Shown one piece after another: positions 12,430-24,324 of a stretch of 64,000 nt of DNA. A model generated the notes under the pieces. That model saw only the letters and a program-made list of their open reading frames with translations, did no database searches and was not told where the DNA came from. The number at the start of each line of letters is the position of its first letter. The stretch's first letter is position 1. Made by a program: the position numbers and the translations under genes. Source of the stretch: Macrostomum lignano (Eukaryota); assembly GCA_002269645.1 (NCBI GenBank), contig NIVC01003394.1:35976-99975 (forward strand). The letters run 5' to 3'.

Positions 12430-12777
12430 CAGGGGCGTCGCTTTGGATTTTGTAGTGGAGGGAAAAAGCCAAGAATTCTACACATGTACATGTACATCAC
12501 TAAATTCCGACATGTACGTTATTTTGAGAATCGCTTATTTTAGCATTTTAGCTTACTTTATATAAGAGAGACACTCCTTTCAACGCAGCTGGCATTCATT
12601 TTGGCACCGCAGGCACTCATTTTGGTGCCGCAGGTGCTATTTTTATCGCCCTAAAGCAAAATTATTGATTTCCATAACTGGTCACCAGGTAAAGGGGTGG
12701 GGGGGACAAAGCATCAAAGCTCCAGCCTTTAGTGGAGGGGGACACGTCCCCATGTCCCCCCGTTGGCGACGCATCTG
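12430..12777. mobile_element. hAT-like MITE (TIR CAGGGGCGTCGC / GCGACGCATCTG)
   Basis: Imperfect TIRs. Flanks actacgag/actacgac match 7/8. Subterminal palindrome GGGGGACACGTCCCCATGTCCCCC. Confidence 0.7.
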
Positions 12778-13607
12778 ACTACGACTCTAGAATTTGAAAC
12801 GTAAATTGAAATCAAAATGATTCCCAAACATTCAAACGTAAACCATTTTCACAACAAGTCTATAGACTCCGTTGCGTTACTATGAATTCAATTCATTGCG
12901 AGTGACATATCTAGTGCTTAGATGTTTTAAAATTAAAATGTCTAAATAATATACCAAGAAGCTTCCAAAAACCTAACAATGGGTTGAGAAAATTGTTGCA
13001 TATTCTGTCAACTTGTAGAATAAAGCTTGAAAAAGGTTTCTAAAAATTGAATTTTAAAAGTTTTGCAAAAAAATCGTTAGGCCCATTAACGTATAGTATT
13101 TTTTTCATGCTACAGAATCGCAGATGAAGGCTTTAAATCACAACAGCTTTATTTTAGGCGACTTAAACTCTTTATAGGTCTCTTTTAGGAATTTTACTTG
13201 AAAATAAATCTTCTTTTAAAAAATAATCCGCTTTGTGATAGACACGTCTCGCTTTGAAACAGCTCACAGTTTCCCAGTAGAATAGAGTAGAGTAGCAGTA
13301 GGATTCCCATGCAGAAAATGATGTGGCTTAATATTTTATATTTCACTTTCTAAACAGTTTTTTTTCAGTTTTTTTTCGATGACTGATTAGCATATCTTTC
13401 CTCCTCCTCTTCGAAGAGTTGCAGCCCTTCCCAAGCTCGGACACTGGTGTTTTCCGTCATCTGATTAATTATGTCTTCAGCGAAGTAATTTTACCATCTC
13501 AGCGATCGCAATTCAGCTCTCTATCGTCAGACGAGGAATTACAAGAAACTCTGGGAGATTTAAGAAATAAAGAGCCGTGCGCAAAGACTACAGTGAGTTT
13601 ACATATG

Positions 13608-13695
13608 TACTCAGCAACATTGAAAAGACGCCATCGTAGAAGATTCCTTCTGTGGTTGGCACTTTTGAGAGTGCAGGTAAAGTCTCTGATTGGCG
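13608..13695 (+). repeat. Dispersed repeat shared with 30616-30700
   Basis: ctcagcaacattgaaaagacgccatc..agaagattcc..ctgtggt..gcacttttgagagtgcaggtaaagtctct recurs near 30616. Confidence 0.7.
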
Positions 13696-14141
13696 CGAGA
13701 TTCCATTCCCATATAGTAAAAAGGACGTCTCCATGTGTGGGTAGTCTAGATATAAAATTCTAGCAGAAGTCTGTTTCAGGCTATCTGACAGTCGCTAAGT
13801 CACACTATATAGGCAGGTACATTGCACAGTATATAGCGGCCACAAAGTTGACAATTCTTCATATCGCTGACGCACACTTGGCAGAACTTCAGGTGAGCGC
13901 ACGGCAGCACGATCCGATTGCGTTGGCGACTGCGGCACTGAACACACTGCGGGCTGTCATCGTCTTGAAGCAGTGGATTGGCGTGCGTTACATCTTGCTC
14001 ACTGCAATCGGGTTTTGTTCAAGGGGAATGTTTGAGAGGGTTGCGTGCAGCAATCACATCAAATCGAAGCAGACAGCTTAGACTAATATGTTATTAAATT
14101 TCCTCAGATAGGAGTTTTTAAACACCCGTGAACTAGCTACT

Positions 14142-15856
14142 GGCTGGCGCCCCTGGTGCTGGCGCCCCTGGTGCTGGCGCCCCTGGTGCTGGCGCCCCTG
14201 GTGCTGGCGCCCCTGGTGCTGGCGCCCCTGGTGCTGGCGCCCCTGGTGCTGGCGCCCCTGGTGCTGGCGCCCCTGGTGCTGGCGCCCCTGGTGCTGGCGC
14301 CCCTGGTGCTGGCGCCCCTGGTGCTGGCGCCCCTGGTGCTGGCGCCCCTGGTGCTGGCGCCCCTGGTGCTGGCGCCCCTGGTGCTGGCGCCTCTGGTGCT
14401 GGCGCCCCTGGTTCTGGCGCCCCTGGTGCTGGCGCCCCTGGTGCTGGCGCCCCTGGTTCTGGCGCCCCTGGTGCTGGCGCCCCTGGTGCTGGCGCCCCTG
14501 GTGCTTGCGCGTCTGGTGCTGGCGCCCCTGGTGCTGGCGCCCCTGGTGCTGGCGCCCCTGGTGCTGGCGCCCCTGGTTCTGGCGCCCCTGGTGCTGGCGC
14601 CCCTGGTGCTGGCGCCCCTGGTGCTGGCGCCCCTGGTGCTGGCGCCCCTGGTGCTGGCGCCCCTGGTGCTGGCGCCCCTGGTTCTGGCGCCCCTGGTTCT
14701 GGCGCCCCTGGTTCTGGCGCCCCTGGTGCTTGCGCCCCTGGTGCTGGCGCCCCTGGTGCTGGCGCCCCTGGTGCTGGCGCCCCTGGTGCTGGCGCCCCTG
14801 GTGCTGGCGCCCCTGGTGCTGGCGCCCCTGGTGCTTGCGCGTCTGGTGCTTGCGCGTCTGGTGCTTGCGCGTCTGGTGCTTGCGCGTCTGGTGCTTGCGC
14901 GTCTGGTGCTTGCGCGTCTGGTGCTTGCGCGTCTGGTGCTTGCGCGTCTGGTGCTTGCGCGTCTGGTGCTTGCGCGTCTGGTGCTTGCGCGTCTGGTGCT
15001 TGCGCGTCTGGTGCTTGCGCGTCTGGTGCTTGCGCGTCTGGTGCTTGCGCGTCTGGTGCTTGCGCGTCTGGTGCTGGCGCCCCTGGTGCTGGCGCCCCTG
15101 GTGCTGGCGCCCCTGGTGCTGGCGCCCCTGGTGCTGGCGCCCCTGGTGCTGGCGCCCCTGGTGCTGGCGCCCCTGGTGCTGGCGCCCCTGGTGCTAAAGC
15201 CCCTGGTGCTAAAGCCCCTGGTGCTAAAGCCCCTGGTGCTAAAGCCCCTGGTGCTAAAGCCCCTGGTGCTAAAGCCCCTGGTGCTAAAGCCCCTGGTGCT
15301 AAAGCCCCTGGTGCTAAAGCCCCTGGTGCTAAAGCCCCTGGTGCTAAAGCCCCTGGTGCTAAAGCCCCTGGTGCTAAAGCCCCTGGTGCTAAAGCCCCTG
15401 GTGCTAAAGCCCCTGGTGCTAAAGCCCCTGGTGCTAAAGCCCCTGGTGCTAAAGCCCCTGGTGCTAAAGCCCCTGGTGCTAAAGCCCCTGGTGCTAAAGC
15501 CCCTGGTGCTAAAGCCCCTGGTGCTAAAGCCCCTGGTGCTAAAGCCCCTGGTGCTAAAGCCCCTGGTGCTAAAGCCCCTGGTGCTAAAGCCCCTGGTGCT
15601 AAAGCCCCTGGTGCTAAAGCCCCTGGTGCTAAAGCCCCTGGTGCTAAAGCCCCTGGTGCTAAAGCCCCTGGTGCTAAAGCCCCTGGTGCTAAAGCCCCTG
15701 GTGCTAAAGCCCTGGTGCTAAAGCCCCTGGTGCTAAAGCCCCTGGTGCTAAAGCCCCTGGTGCTAAAGCCCCTGGTGCTAAAGCCCCTGGTGCTAAAGCC
15801 CCTGGTGCTAAAGCCCCTGGTGCTAAAGCCCCTGGTGCTAAAGCCCCTGGTGCAAA
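14142..15856 (+). repeat. GC-rich 15-bp minisatellite (CTGGTGCTGGCGCCC and variants), about 113 copies in homogeneous blocks
   Basis: Blocks: ctggcgccc (14.15-14.83 kb), cttgcgcgt (14.83-15.07), ctggcgccc (15.07-15.19), ctaaagccc (15.20-15.85). Confidence 0.95.
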
Positions 15857-17927
15857 GGTGCTCTGAAGATTGGCCCAGTCATCTAATATCTAATATTTGG
15901 AAAGCTCGGTTTAAATCTGATAGCGGACTCATATAATGGACAAAAATCTGTACATGTTGGTTAAATGCAAACTCAAAAGCATAGAGCAATAATACACGTA
16001 ACTCGTAGTTACTACGACTTTAACAGTTGAACCGCAGCAGAGCAGCAAAAGCAGCATCTGTCGAACTTTGAAGCCACCGAGTTAACAAAAATCCTATAGG
16101 CGGCCTGCCGACCTCCTTAGCATCAGCGATGTTGCTTAATCAGAATGCATCCTATTGGCACGAGTACGCTGGATCAATGGCGAGTTTTGACTTTTACCGT
16201 GTTTTGTTTCAGTTTAGCAACTAAAAACGATGGCATAAATGAATTCGATATTAGTTTTTTAGGGGCTGTGTGCACCCTGGCGCACTTTAAGCGACATTGT
16301 CACACAACCGGCGAGAGGCATTACTGCTTATTCCGCCGACTGCCCTGAGCAGGCACACAAGCGCGCGGATACGCACGCAGTCATACCCACAGGCGCGCAC
16401 TCACATAGGGGTGTACAGCGGCCCTGACTTTATTTATCGTTAGGCATGTACACTTCACTGTGCCTTGGGGTATGGATTCCAATTTAGCCCCAAATTCATG
16501 TGACTGCACTTGGAATCGAGCCTGGGCCGCTGGCACATGAGAGCGCCGCACCACACCACTGGTTGTTATTGCTTCCCCAAACAACAAAAGGTGTTATTGC
16601 TCATATTTAAAATTATGATTACTATTAATATTTTTAAAATACGTCCTGTGTGTTGGCACGCAGTTAGTGACTTGCACTTCCGACTGAACTGTTGAATCTA
16701 TCGACGGTCTGCATGGTGATGTTGCTGACTTCTTCAAATCTAATCAGGGTACGAGGCGAAAATCCGATTTGCATGCTGGTGTATACAGAATTTCTTCTAC
16801 CTGAACAAAAAAGAGTATACAGGGTAGATTTCGTTTCCGTTTTATACATTGATCAGATCGAAGCCTTACTTTGGGCTCAATTCCGTAGCCTAAGCTGACG
16901 TCCCGCGAGCAGTCAATTTAGTTCTGAATGTTGAAAAACAGTCTGAGAGTCTCTGAGGTTCTATGGCCAAAGTGTTGCATAACGCTCTAATCAATTTGAT
17001 CCTGCGAGCAGTAAAATTCACACAATCTTTTTAAAATCTATGTACTGTAGATCAGTTATCATGCATCCCAGGGTCTAACACGACAACGCAACACAACACA
17101 ACACAACGCAACAAGGCAATGCAATGCGGAATAACACAACAGAATAGGAACCATCATGCTATAGTCAGTTTCGAAGGTTATCAAACTCAGAGAATCGGTA
17201 GGCCAGTGATGCAGCGGTGAAGCTGTAGGCTGTATAGCCAATCATCATTTCACGATGCCAACCTCCGCATTTTTCAATGCTTGCAAGATCAAGGAGATGA
17301 AGTAACGCTAACACGTCTTCATCCTGCAACTTCTTGGGACTGTCTGCCACCTTTTGGTGTACGATATCGGCGTTCAGTTATCTGGTACCGTCTTCTGATT
17401 GAATCGACTGTCCGGATCTTCAAATTCCGCCACTGAGCAATTGCCGATGGCCTGTATGATCAAGAAGTACCTTTCGTCCCCGATCTTATCGTATGAACCG
17501 CGTCCTTCGAGCAGTTGCTTTTCAGCAGTGACGAAACTTTCGCTGCTCTCCGAATCGCTCATTCCAGCACGGGCTCCGAACAAAGTCAGTCTATGGGTCT
17601 CTGACAGTCTGTGGCTTGAGCGAAATCAAGTGCTCCCAGGAACATATCATTGCTGTCCGGTAAATCGGGTGGGAACCATGGATGAAGGAAGGACGGATCC
17701 TTTTCTATTCCTTCATCCATGGTGGGAACATGATTGGAACGAAACGACAGTTCTGGCCATAGAACCCTAGGTGCCTCTGTGAATCCGTGTGGACTTTTAC
17801 CTTTCAGATTAAATCCACTGCTCGCAGGACCGAATTGAGTGGGAGTGGTATATTGCAGCAAAGAACAAAGCACAAGCAAAAAGCAGAGTTAAAGCACAAA
17901 TTCGATCGAGCAAACAAATACAGAATC

Positions 17928-18791
17928 TTACGGCATCGTAGCTCCAAAATTGATATTCGACACATGGTTTCCGTTGTTAATACGAGCAGCAACCACTTGC
18001 TCAGGTACTCGATCGGTGGTTCCCAGACAGCTCGAAAGATCTCGCTGCAGCAGGTCTCTGAATGAGCCTCTACCAGCCAATGCTTCTCTCAAGAATGACA
18101 CCAGCTCAGGCGACAGAGAGTGCAAGATCTGAATTAAGTCTCCAGGTCTCAGGTCTGAGCTTTTATCCGCTGGACAGAAGGCGTAGTTATTTATTGCCAG
18201 TGTCACGCCGTCCTCCGGGAAGCCGTACGATTCAACCTGGCCAATCAGTTGTCCGTTCAAAAGCAGCTCAAAGAGTTTTCGCAGTTTAGTCAAAAGCTTT
18301 TCAACTCGGGAAGCGATTTCAGCCATCATCACGGATAGTTCAACATTTAGAAGTCGGATCAGTTGATGCAGACTGCACTCTGGCTGCTGGTTCGCGTGGC
18401 ATTCAGCGGGCTCGCAAGCAGTCAGATTGTCCGCGTGACCTCCGCAGTGGCAGCAGCTGGCACCTCCAAGTCCATCGCTGACAAATCCGTGCCTCGCCCA
18501 ACGCTCCGCAGTTTCAACATCAACAAAGCCGTTACCAGAGAATGAGCGCAGACGATTTTCATAGCTCAGATTGGCTGGGCTGACGGATGCAGCTAAAATA
18601 GTCAATAAGTTACCCAGAACATAAACTCGCAGCCTCGGGTTCGCATCCGGTGCCAATTGCACCTTTTGCTCACTTGGATTTGTCTTTTCATTTTGTTCCG
18701 ATTGGGGAATTATCTTTGGCAGCACAGTATTTACCAAAATGTTGTTTTCTTCGTTGGCCGTCGATGCTCCGTTGTGGTTGTAGTTGGACAT
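17928..18791 (-). CDS. IAP-like gene 2 (BIR-like + UBA-like, no recognisable RING)
   Basis: ATG at 18791, 9 nt after acceptor ttttgcag. Motifs YENRLRSF...ARHGFVSDG..ASCCHC-x15-H-x6-C and VESYGFP...RPGDLIQILH. Confidence 0.78.
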   Translation of the reverse strand: MSNYNHNGASTANEENNILVNTVLPKIIPQSEQNEKTNPSEQKVQLAPDANPRLRVYVLGNLLTILAASVSPANLSYENRLRSFSGNGFVDVETAERWARHGFVSDGLGGASCCHCGGHADNLTACEPAECHANQQPECSLHQLIRLLNVELSVMMAEIASRVEKLLTKLRKLFELLLNGQLIGQVESYGFPEDGVTLAINNYAFCPADKSSDLRPGDLIQILHSLSPELVSFLREALAGRGSFRDLLQRDLSSCLGTTDRVPEQVVAARINNGNHVSNINFGATMP

Positions 18792-19750
18792 TTTGGCCGC
18801 CTGCAAAAAATAAAAATAGTAATGCAAAAAACCAATTCTGTCTAAAATTCTAATTTATTTCTGTAAACTGAAATATCCGTTACGAACTTTTTTGTTCGAT
18901 GCGAACACGCTCGCTGAGTTTCCAGGAAATCAGCGGAAACTGTCGGACCTCCCAGCGCATAAATCTGAATCCTATAGCTGACTGGTCTGGCTTCAATCAA
19001 ACTATTGTTTACATGTGTCTAATGACGAATTCACAATCAATCAATCAATTCGTGCACCAAAACGTACCAATAAAACACATTAGAATCCGTAAGGGTAAAA
19101 AGCCTGTTTGTTTCTGGCAAGAGTTGAGCAATGCGCGAGAGCCGATGTGTTTTAGATGTTTTTGTCTCGTACGGCTAAAGAGGTTTATCTTTATGCCTTC
19201 GAGTATTTCGCTAGCATTGAATTGGCATATGCACATGGCTGGCCGCAGCAAGGACAGTCATTGTACACGGAGCCTTCACAATCTTTAACACGTCAAGAGA
19301 GTACAGCGATGTGCAAAACCCATGAAAAAAAGTAATGCAGGAGCGTAAGCTTGATGAAATGCTTATATACAAGCTGTTTAAACAATTTTTACAACAAGGA
19401 TACAAGAGTAGATGCCACTTCAGTACAAGAACAGCCCGTAGTATTAGGCATATTATTAGCAGTGACGCCGTGCTTGTATTGTAATTGTACACCGCAACAT
19501 TGACAAGCTCAAATATTCTGTGGATCCGTGATTTTCAATCCATTACAGGCGTTGAGATTATTGTAGAGTACTTTTGCACCTGTGGTAGTTATCTACTTCG
19601 TAATAAACTAAAGTTGTTCTACGCGAAAGGCATTGCATTTCTCTTTTTATGCAATATGGTGAAATTATATCCGATTAATGCTTCAGAAAAATAGTTTTCA
19701 AGCATACATTTACTTCACCTAATTTTTTATTACACCTGCTCTAATGGGTA

Positions 19751-19919
19751 GATAGATGTGCAACCGACAGCTCAGCCGCAGCTATTACGCGGAGCATCTG
19801 AAGACTGCTCACGGCTGTTCAGTCCAAGGACTGTGGGGGGGGGGGTCGCCACCCAAATCCTCAATTACCCCAGCTGTACTGAAGCAATTCAGAGTTAAAA
19901 TTCTTGCTCAAGAACACAA
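19751..19919 (-). mobile_element. 5'-truncated copy of the tRNA-derived SINE
   Basis: Reverse complement matches the 3' half of 6106-6427 (ctcagccgca, ctgttcagtccaag, caattacccagct, cttgctcaag). Confidence 0.75.
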
Positions 19920-20627
19920 ATTCACCACATACTAGTACATATCAAAACAATATGATGCTTACCTTTGCGATAAAATTCCTCACTATGATTCCTGATGTTC
20001 ACTCAGATTGGCATAATGGTACGTACGGTGGTATGCTAGTTTTCTGCTGTTAACTAGGAACCAACCTTGTATGCATGCAAATTTTCCAATTCACATCGTA
20101 AACACAGGGTGTGCGCCCATAAGCGTACGTTTTTACTTGTGTGCGCAATGCAAGTACACTGGTATACGGGCGTAGCCAGTACAGGGTATCCCAGCTAATG
20201 TACGATGCCAGTGCACCAGACACTTTCCTTCAAATTTCAGACAATATACATACTAGGTACTACTCTGATAGATAGCTTCTCAGTAGCTACTACATCTATC
20301 GTTTAATTAAATTCCAATGCCACTTCTAAAGACGTCAGATAGACCTCACTTTTGGAATTTAATTTGTTTAAAAAAATTTTGAACAAACTCCACGGTAATT
20401 AAATGGAGCTACGTTTTTTCAAGATGATATTTATAAACAGTACATATTTCTTTTTTCTTATTGACATGTGTACATGTCATTCGTACGAGTACATGAAATT
20501 TGTACATGAAGTAGCTGTGGAATATTGACCAATATTAATTGCTATTGTGTCGGTGTGAAAGTATGCCGCATATACAATACAAGTATCAACTGTACAAATT
20601 GAGCGTCAAAGAGAGCATTCGGTTTAA

Positions 20628-21638
20628 TCACAATGCCAAAACCGCAGTCAGCATGCTCAAGATCTCAATCCCACAGCGGGGACATGAGCTCAGGAGATTG
20701 AGACATTCGCGGCAGGCGATGAGGTGAGTACAGGGAAGGCAGACTCGGTCGCGAGGTCGTTCGTAGCACTCGATGCACCGCCAGTTCGTTCCCGAATCCT
20801 CGGCCTCCGTCTGCCTCCGTCCCGCAGAAGCAGTTTTCTCACCCGACTGATCCTCTGGCGGCTGGCAGACTTCATCGCCTTCGGTCTCCAAGGGCACGGG
20901 TGTTGAGTCCGTTGGAATTCGGAGCCGGTCTTGAACGATGGGTGACGCTAGGAGCAGGTCTAGCACGTCAGGAAGCTCGTCCAAGTCAGTCCGCAGCTCG
21001 TGGATCAAGCCAATGATTTCGCCTGGCTGCTTAGCGCCAGAAGCTTCAGGGCCACCAGCCAGCAGTAGCTTAAGCTGGACAAAGATGACTTCATTGGCCG
21101 AAAATCCAAAAGACTCCACAAATTTAGTTACAGGATCTCTGAGTGCAGCTAAGAGTCTTCTGATGAGCTGCTCCAGCCGCTCTGCATCGGCGATGTACTT
21201 AACGTCGTCTACTTCGGGTCTTGCCTTGTTGAGAAACTGCCAAAGGCGTAGCATAGCACAGTGAGGTCGTCGGTTCGAGTGCCAGTCTCCAGGATCGCCA
21301 TTCACCAACGAGTCAACTCGCGCACCGCATAGAATGCAGCTGACACCGCCGAGTCCATCGCTGTAGAATCCGCCATCCGCCCATTGGTGAGCAGCGGCTT
21401 CGTCCACGAGACCTTCGAAGGAACGCAGTCGACTTGTGAAGCTGAGCTTGTCCTGGTAGGGTGAAGATGATCCTAGAATGACCAGGAGACTGCCGACCAG
21501 AAAGTTTCGAATCGTCTCGGAGCCAGACTTCCAGCGCTCCTTCAGTTCTGTCAGCCGGGAGTTTGAGAACAGACAAGAGCTTACTCGAAGCTCATTGACG
21601 TCTTTCGGAACCTGTAGCTTTTGAAGACCTGAAATCAT
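20628..21638 (-). CDS. IAP-like gene 3, intronless BIR-UBA-RING protein (336 aa)
   Basis: BIR-like FTSRLRSF...ADGGFYSDG..VSCILC-x15-H-x6-C. UBA-like DPVTKFVESFGFS...PGEIIGLIH. C-terminal IAP-type RING CIEC...LPCTHLIACREC...CPRC. Confidence 0.88.
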   Translation of the reverse strand: MISGLQKLQVPKDVNELRVSSCLFSNSRLTELKERWKSGSETIRNFLVGSLLVILGSSSPYQDKLSFTSRLRSFEGLVDEAAAHQWADGGFYSDGLGGVSCILCGARVDSLVNGDPGDWHSNRRPHCAMLRLWQFLNKARPEVDDVKYIADAERLEQLIRRLLAALRDPVTKFVESFGFSANEVIFVQLKLLLAGGPEASGAKQPGEIIGLIHELRTDLDELPDVLDLLLASPIVQDRLRIPTDSTPVPLETEGDEVCQPPEDQSGEKTASAGRRQTEAEDSGTNWRCIECYERPRDRVCLPCTHLIACRECLNLLSSCPRCGIEILSMLTAVLAL

Positions 21639-22515
21639 AATGTTACCTTGAAATAATATATAAAGATAAAACCCTCCATTTTAGACATATCTCATTAGCT
21701 TCATTCGAAATTGCCTGCAATTCCAAGGGCTAGCCAAGTTTGTTCCTCGGAAACGCCAAGGAAATGCCTTTGAAATCGGTCTAATAGTTTAATAACTGCC
21801 TGAAGTTCCACTTAATAAGCGCACTAATGGGTTAAGTGCTTTGCTAATGAACTGTGCAGTACATGAACTTGCTATGCAAGCATTTGACAGTTTCCTGAGC
21901 AACAAGAATCTGCACATTTCTACCCTCATACACTAAAGCAGTTATATCGATTGGAATTGTACACTATATATAGCTATTTCAGGTGTAAACGTTAGTACAT
22001 AAACAGTAAAGTAAATAAATTGCTTTAGTACTTCAGTAGATTAGAATATTTATACCTTATTACAGATTTTTCGTTCCTAGTAGCAAGGCACAAACTTTTT
22101 TAAATAGCGCCGCTGTTTTTGCTTTGCCTTCAAAGCGTAGAGCGAGTGTACAACCTACACGGTACTATCCACGGTGTGCATGGGCGCCTCTGTACATTTT
22201 GCATTGTAAGCTTTTAACTGTCATGGCGACAACGCTCTTGCAATTTTGGCAGTAACTATTCACTATAGAATCAAGCAGTGAGCTAGAAAGTGTACTCAAG
22301 CTGAATGGTAGAATGATGCTATTAGAGCATCATATCGCTGCAGTATCCTCGATGTCTCAGAGAATGATTGTTATAAGTACATGTACAGCAGTTAGATTAC
22401 ACGAATGAGTCAGGAATTATGTTCTATTTTGCTTATTTATCCCTCTTTTGCCCCGGGCGATAGTTTATGTCACGCTTGTTTTTATTTATTTTCATCGGTG
22501 AAAAATCTCTCAGTC

Positions 22516-22723
22516 TCAGGGCATATACGCTTGTTTCTCAGCCGAAATCTTGCAGTTGCAAGCGGGACACACGAAATATCCTGAAATGCAACGCTTGCAG
22601 TACAAGAGATGCTTGCACGGCAGCAGCAGCACTTCCCGAGACCTGGTCTGGCAAAGGTGGCACAGCGGGCTGTCTTTCAATGCCTTCTGGTTGGCAGTGG
22701 TCTCTTGATGGCCTTCTGGTGCC
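22516..22723 (-). CDS. IAP-like gene 4, exon 2 (RING)
   Basis: Acceptor aactattacag|G at 22723 (phase 2). Translation DSPLCHLCQTRSREVLLLPCKHLLYCKRCISGYFVCPAC...*. Confidence 0.85.
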
Positions 22724-22769
22724 CTGTAATAGTTAATAAGGTAGCATAAAAACATTGTTTTGAGCATGA

Positions 22770-22990
22770 TTCTTACCCTCAGAATCTCACGATTCTTACC
22801 CCCCCCCCAGAATCTCACGATTCTTACCCTCAGAATCTCACGATTCTTACCCCCCAGAATCTCACGATTCTTACCCCCCAGAATCTCACGATTCTTACCC
22901 CCCCAGAATCTCACGATTCTTACCCTCAGAATCTCACGATTCTTAACCCCCAGAATCTTACGATTCTTACCGGCAGAATCTCATGATTCT
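22770..22990 (+). repeat. Minisatellite of about 23-27 bp (GATTCTTACCCCCCCAGAATCTCAC) in the intron of IAP-like gene 4
   Basis: About 9 visible units. Each carries the inverted pair GATTCT/AGAATC. Confidence 0.9.
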
Positions 22991-23092
22991 TACGAGCGTA
23001 CCCCCAGAAAAAAAAGTACCCCGATTAAAATTCGCTGGGGTGGGGCAACACTGGCTGTCAATTCTGCGAAAGGAAATTTGCAAAAGTCTAAC

Positions 23093-23793
23093 CTGATCGA
23101 GGGGCTTTCATCGGCTGAAATCTCCAGATTTCGGATGGTACCCGGCCGGTTCATGACGTCTGAGCTTCTCGGGTCAGCGGTGACTTTGTGACTGGCAAAA
23201 TCCAGCAGCCTCTGCACCATGCTAGCCAGCTCTGCAATGTACTCCGGAAGCGAATGCTCAGCCTCTATCAGATCCCCCGGTTTCCACGCCAGAGCTCCGC
23301 GATTCAGCTTGAAGAAGAGGCGCAAGGCGCCCAACGCGGTCTTGGCTTTCGAAAACCCGAACGATTCGACGAAACCAATTTTGAAGTCCCTTAGAAAGAG
23401 GAACAGCTTCATGATTAGCTTATGAAACTTGGCAGTTTCAGCGGTCAGCTCAGAGTCAGGAATCGATCCCGGCTTTTCAGAGAGTCGACGGAGCTGCGAC
23501 AGGGCGCAGTCAGGCCGGTGGTTCGCGCTCGATTCTCCGCAGTGGCAGCAGGCGCTGTCGACTCCATTGCTGTAGAAACCGTCCTGCGCCAATCGATGTG
23601 CCACTTCTTCATAGTGACGATTGTCCAGGAATGATTTGAGACGATCCTTGAAGCTGAGCCGGTTTAAGCTCACTGCTGTTCCAAAAATAACCAACATCGT
23701 GCCAATTAGATAAATTTCCCGTCCTGATTGCAACTCTTCCGGAGGCCAGATAGACAATATGTACTGTATAACTTGCTTTATGCTGTCGTCCAT
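23093..23793 (-). CDS. IAP-like gene 4, exon 1 (shortened BIR-like + UBA-like)
   Basis: ATG at 23793. Motifs FKDRLKSF...AQDGFYSNG..ACCHCGESSANHRPDC and FVESFGFS...KPGDLIEAEH. Donor AG|gttaga at 23092 (phase 2). Confidence 0.82.
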
Positions 23794-24324
23794 TGTCCTT
23801 CTGAACAGTGACTACGCCAAGTCCCATGAAGGCTCGTTTTATGCAGTAACATGGAACCGAAAAAAGCAAATCTCTTATCAACCAACACGCACAATGCAGT
23901 GAACGCTACAATCTATTGTACAATGTATGCAATAGGTTTTAACAAAATAATTTCGCTCAGCCAATAAGATGCCGCTCTATTGCCTGGCTGTTGAAAGCAA
24001 TATAACAAAATTGTATCTCGCTAATGGGTGTTTTAAATGACTTATTTACTGTGTAAGAAACGCAGATCTCTATGAAATATACTATTGAGATACAATGACA
24101 CTAATATAATATATCGATGCCTTGTGATAGGCATCTATCAGCAGTCTATTGAGCCTTAGAAATGAGAGCAGCGTCTCATGGCGGGCGCAACTCAAGGCTT
24201 GGTGCATAGACCGAACAAGGACGACGTAACTGTTATGTTAATATGACTCAAACTCGTCGAAAAGGAATTATCAAAATATAAATATCTAATTACAAAACTG
24301 CCTATCAGCAACGCTCGCTAGGAG

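Noticed and set aside
17804-17992. Cys-rich frame after gene 2 (MCRISILELRCRKILYL...) as a degenerate RING
   Set aside because: Ligand spacing does not fit C3HC4 (no His, no CPxC), and no clean splice was found.
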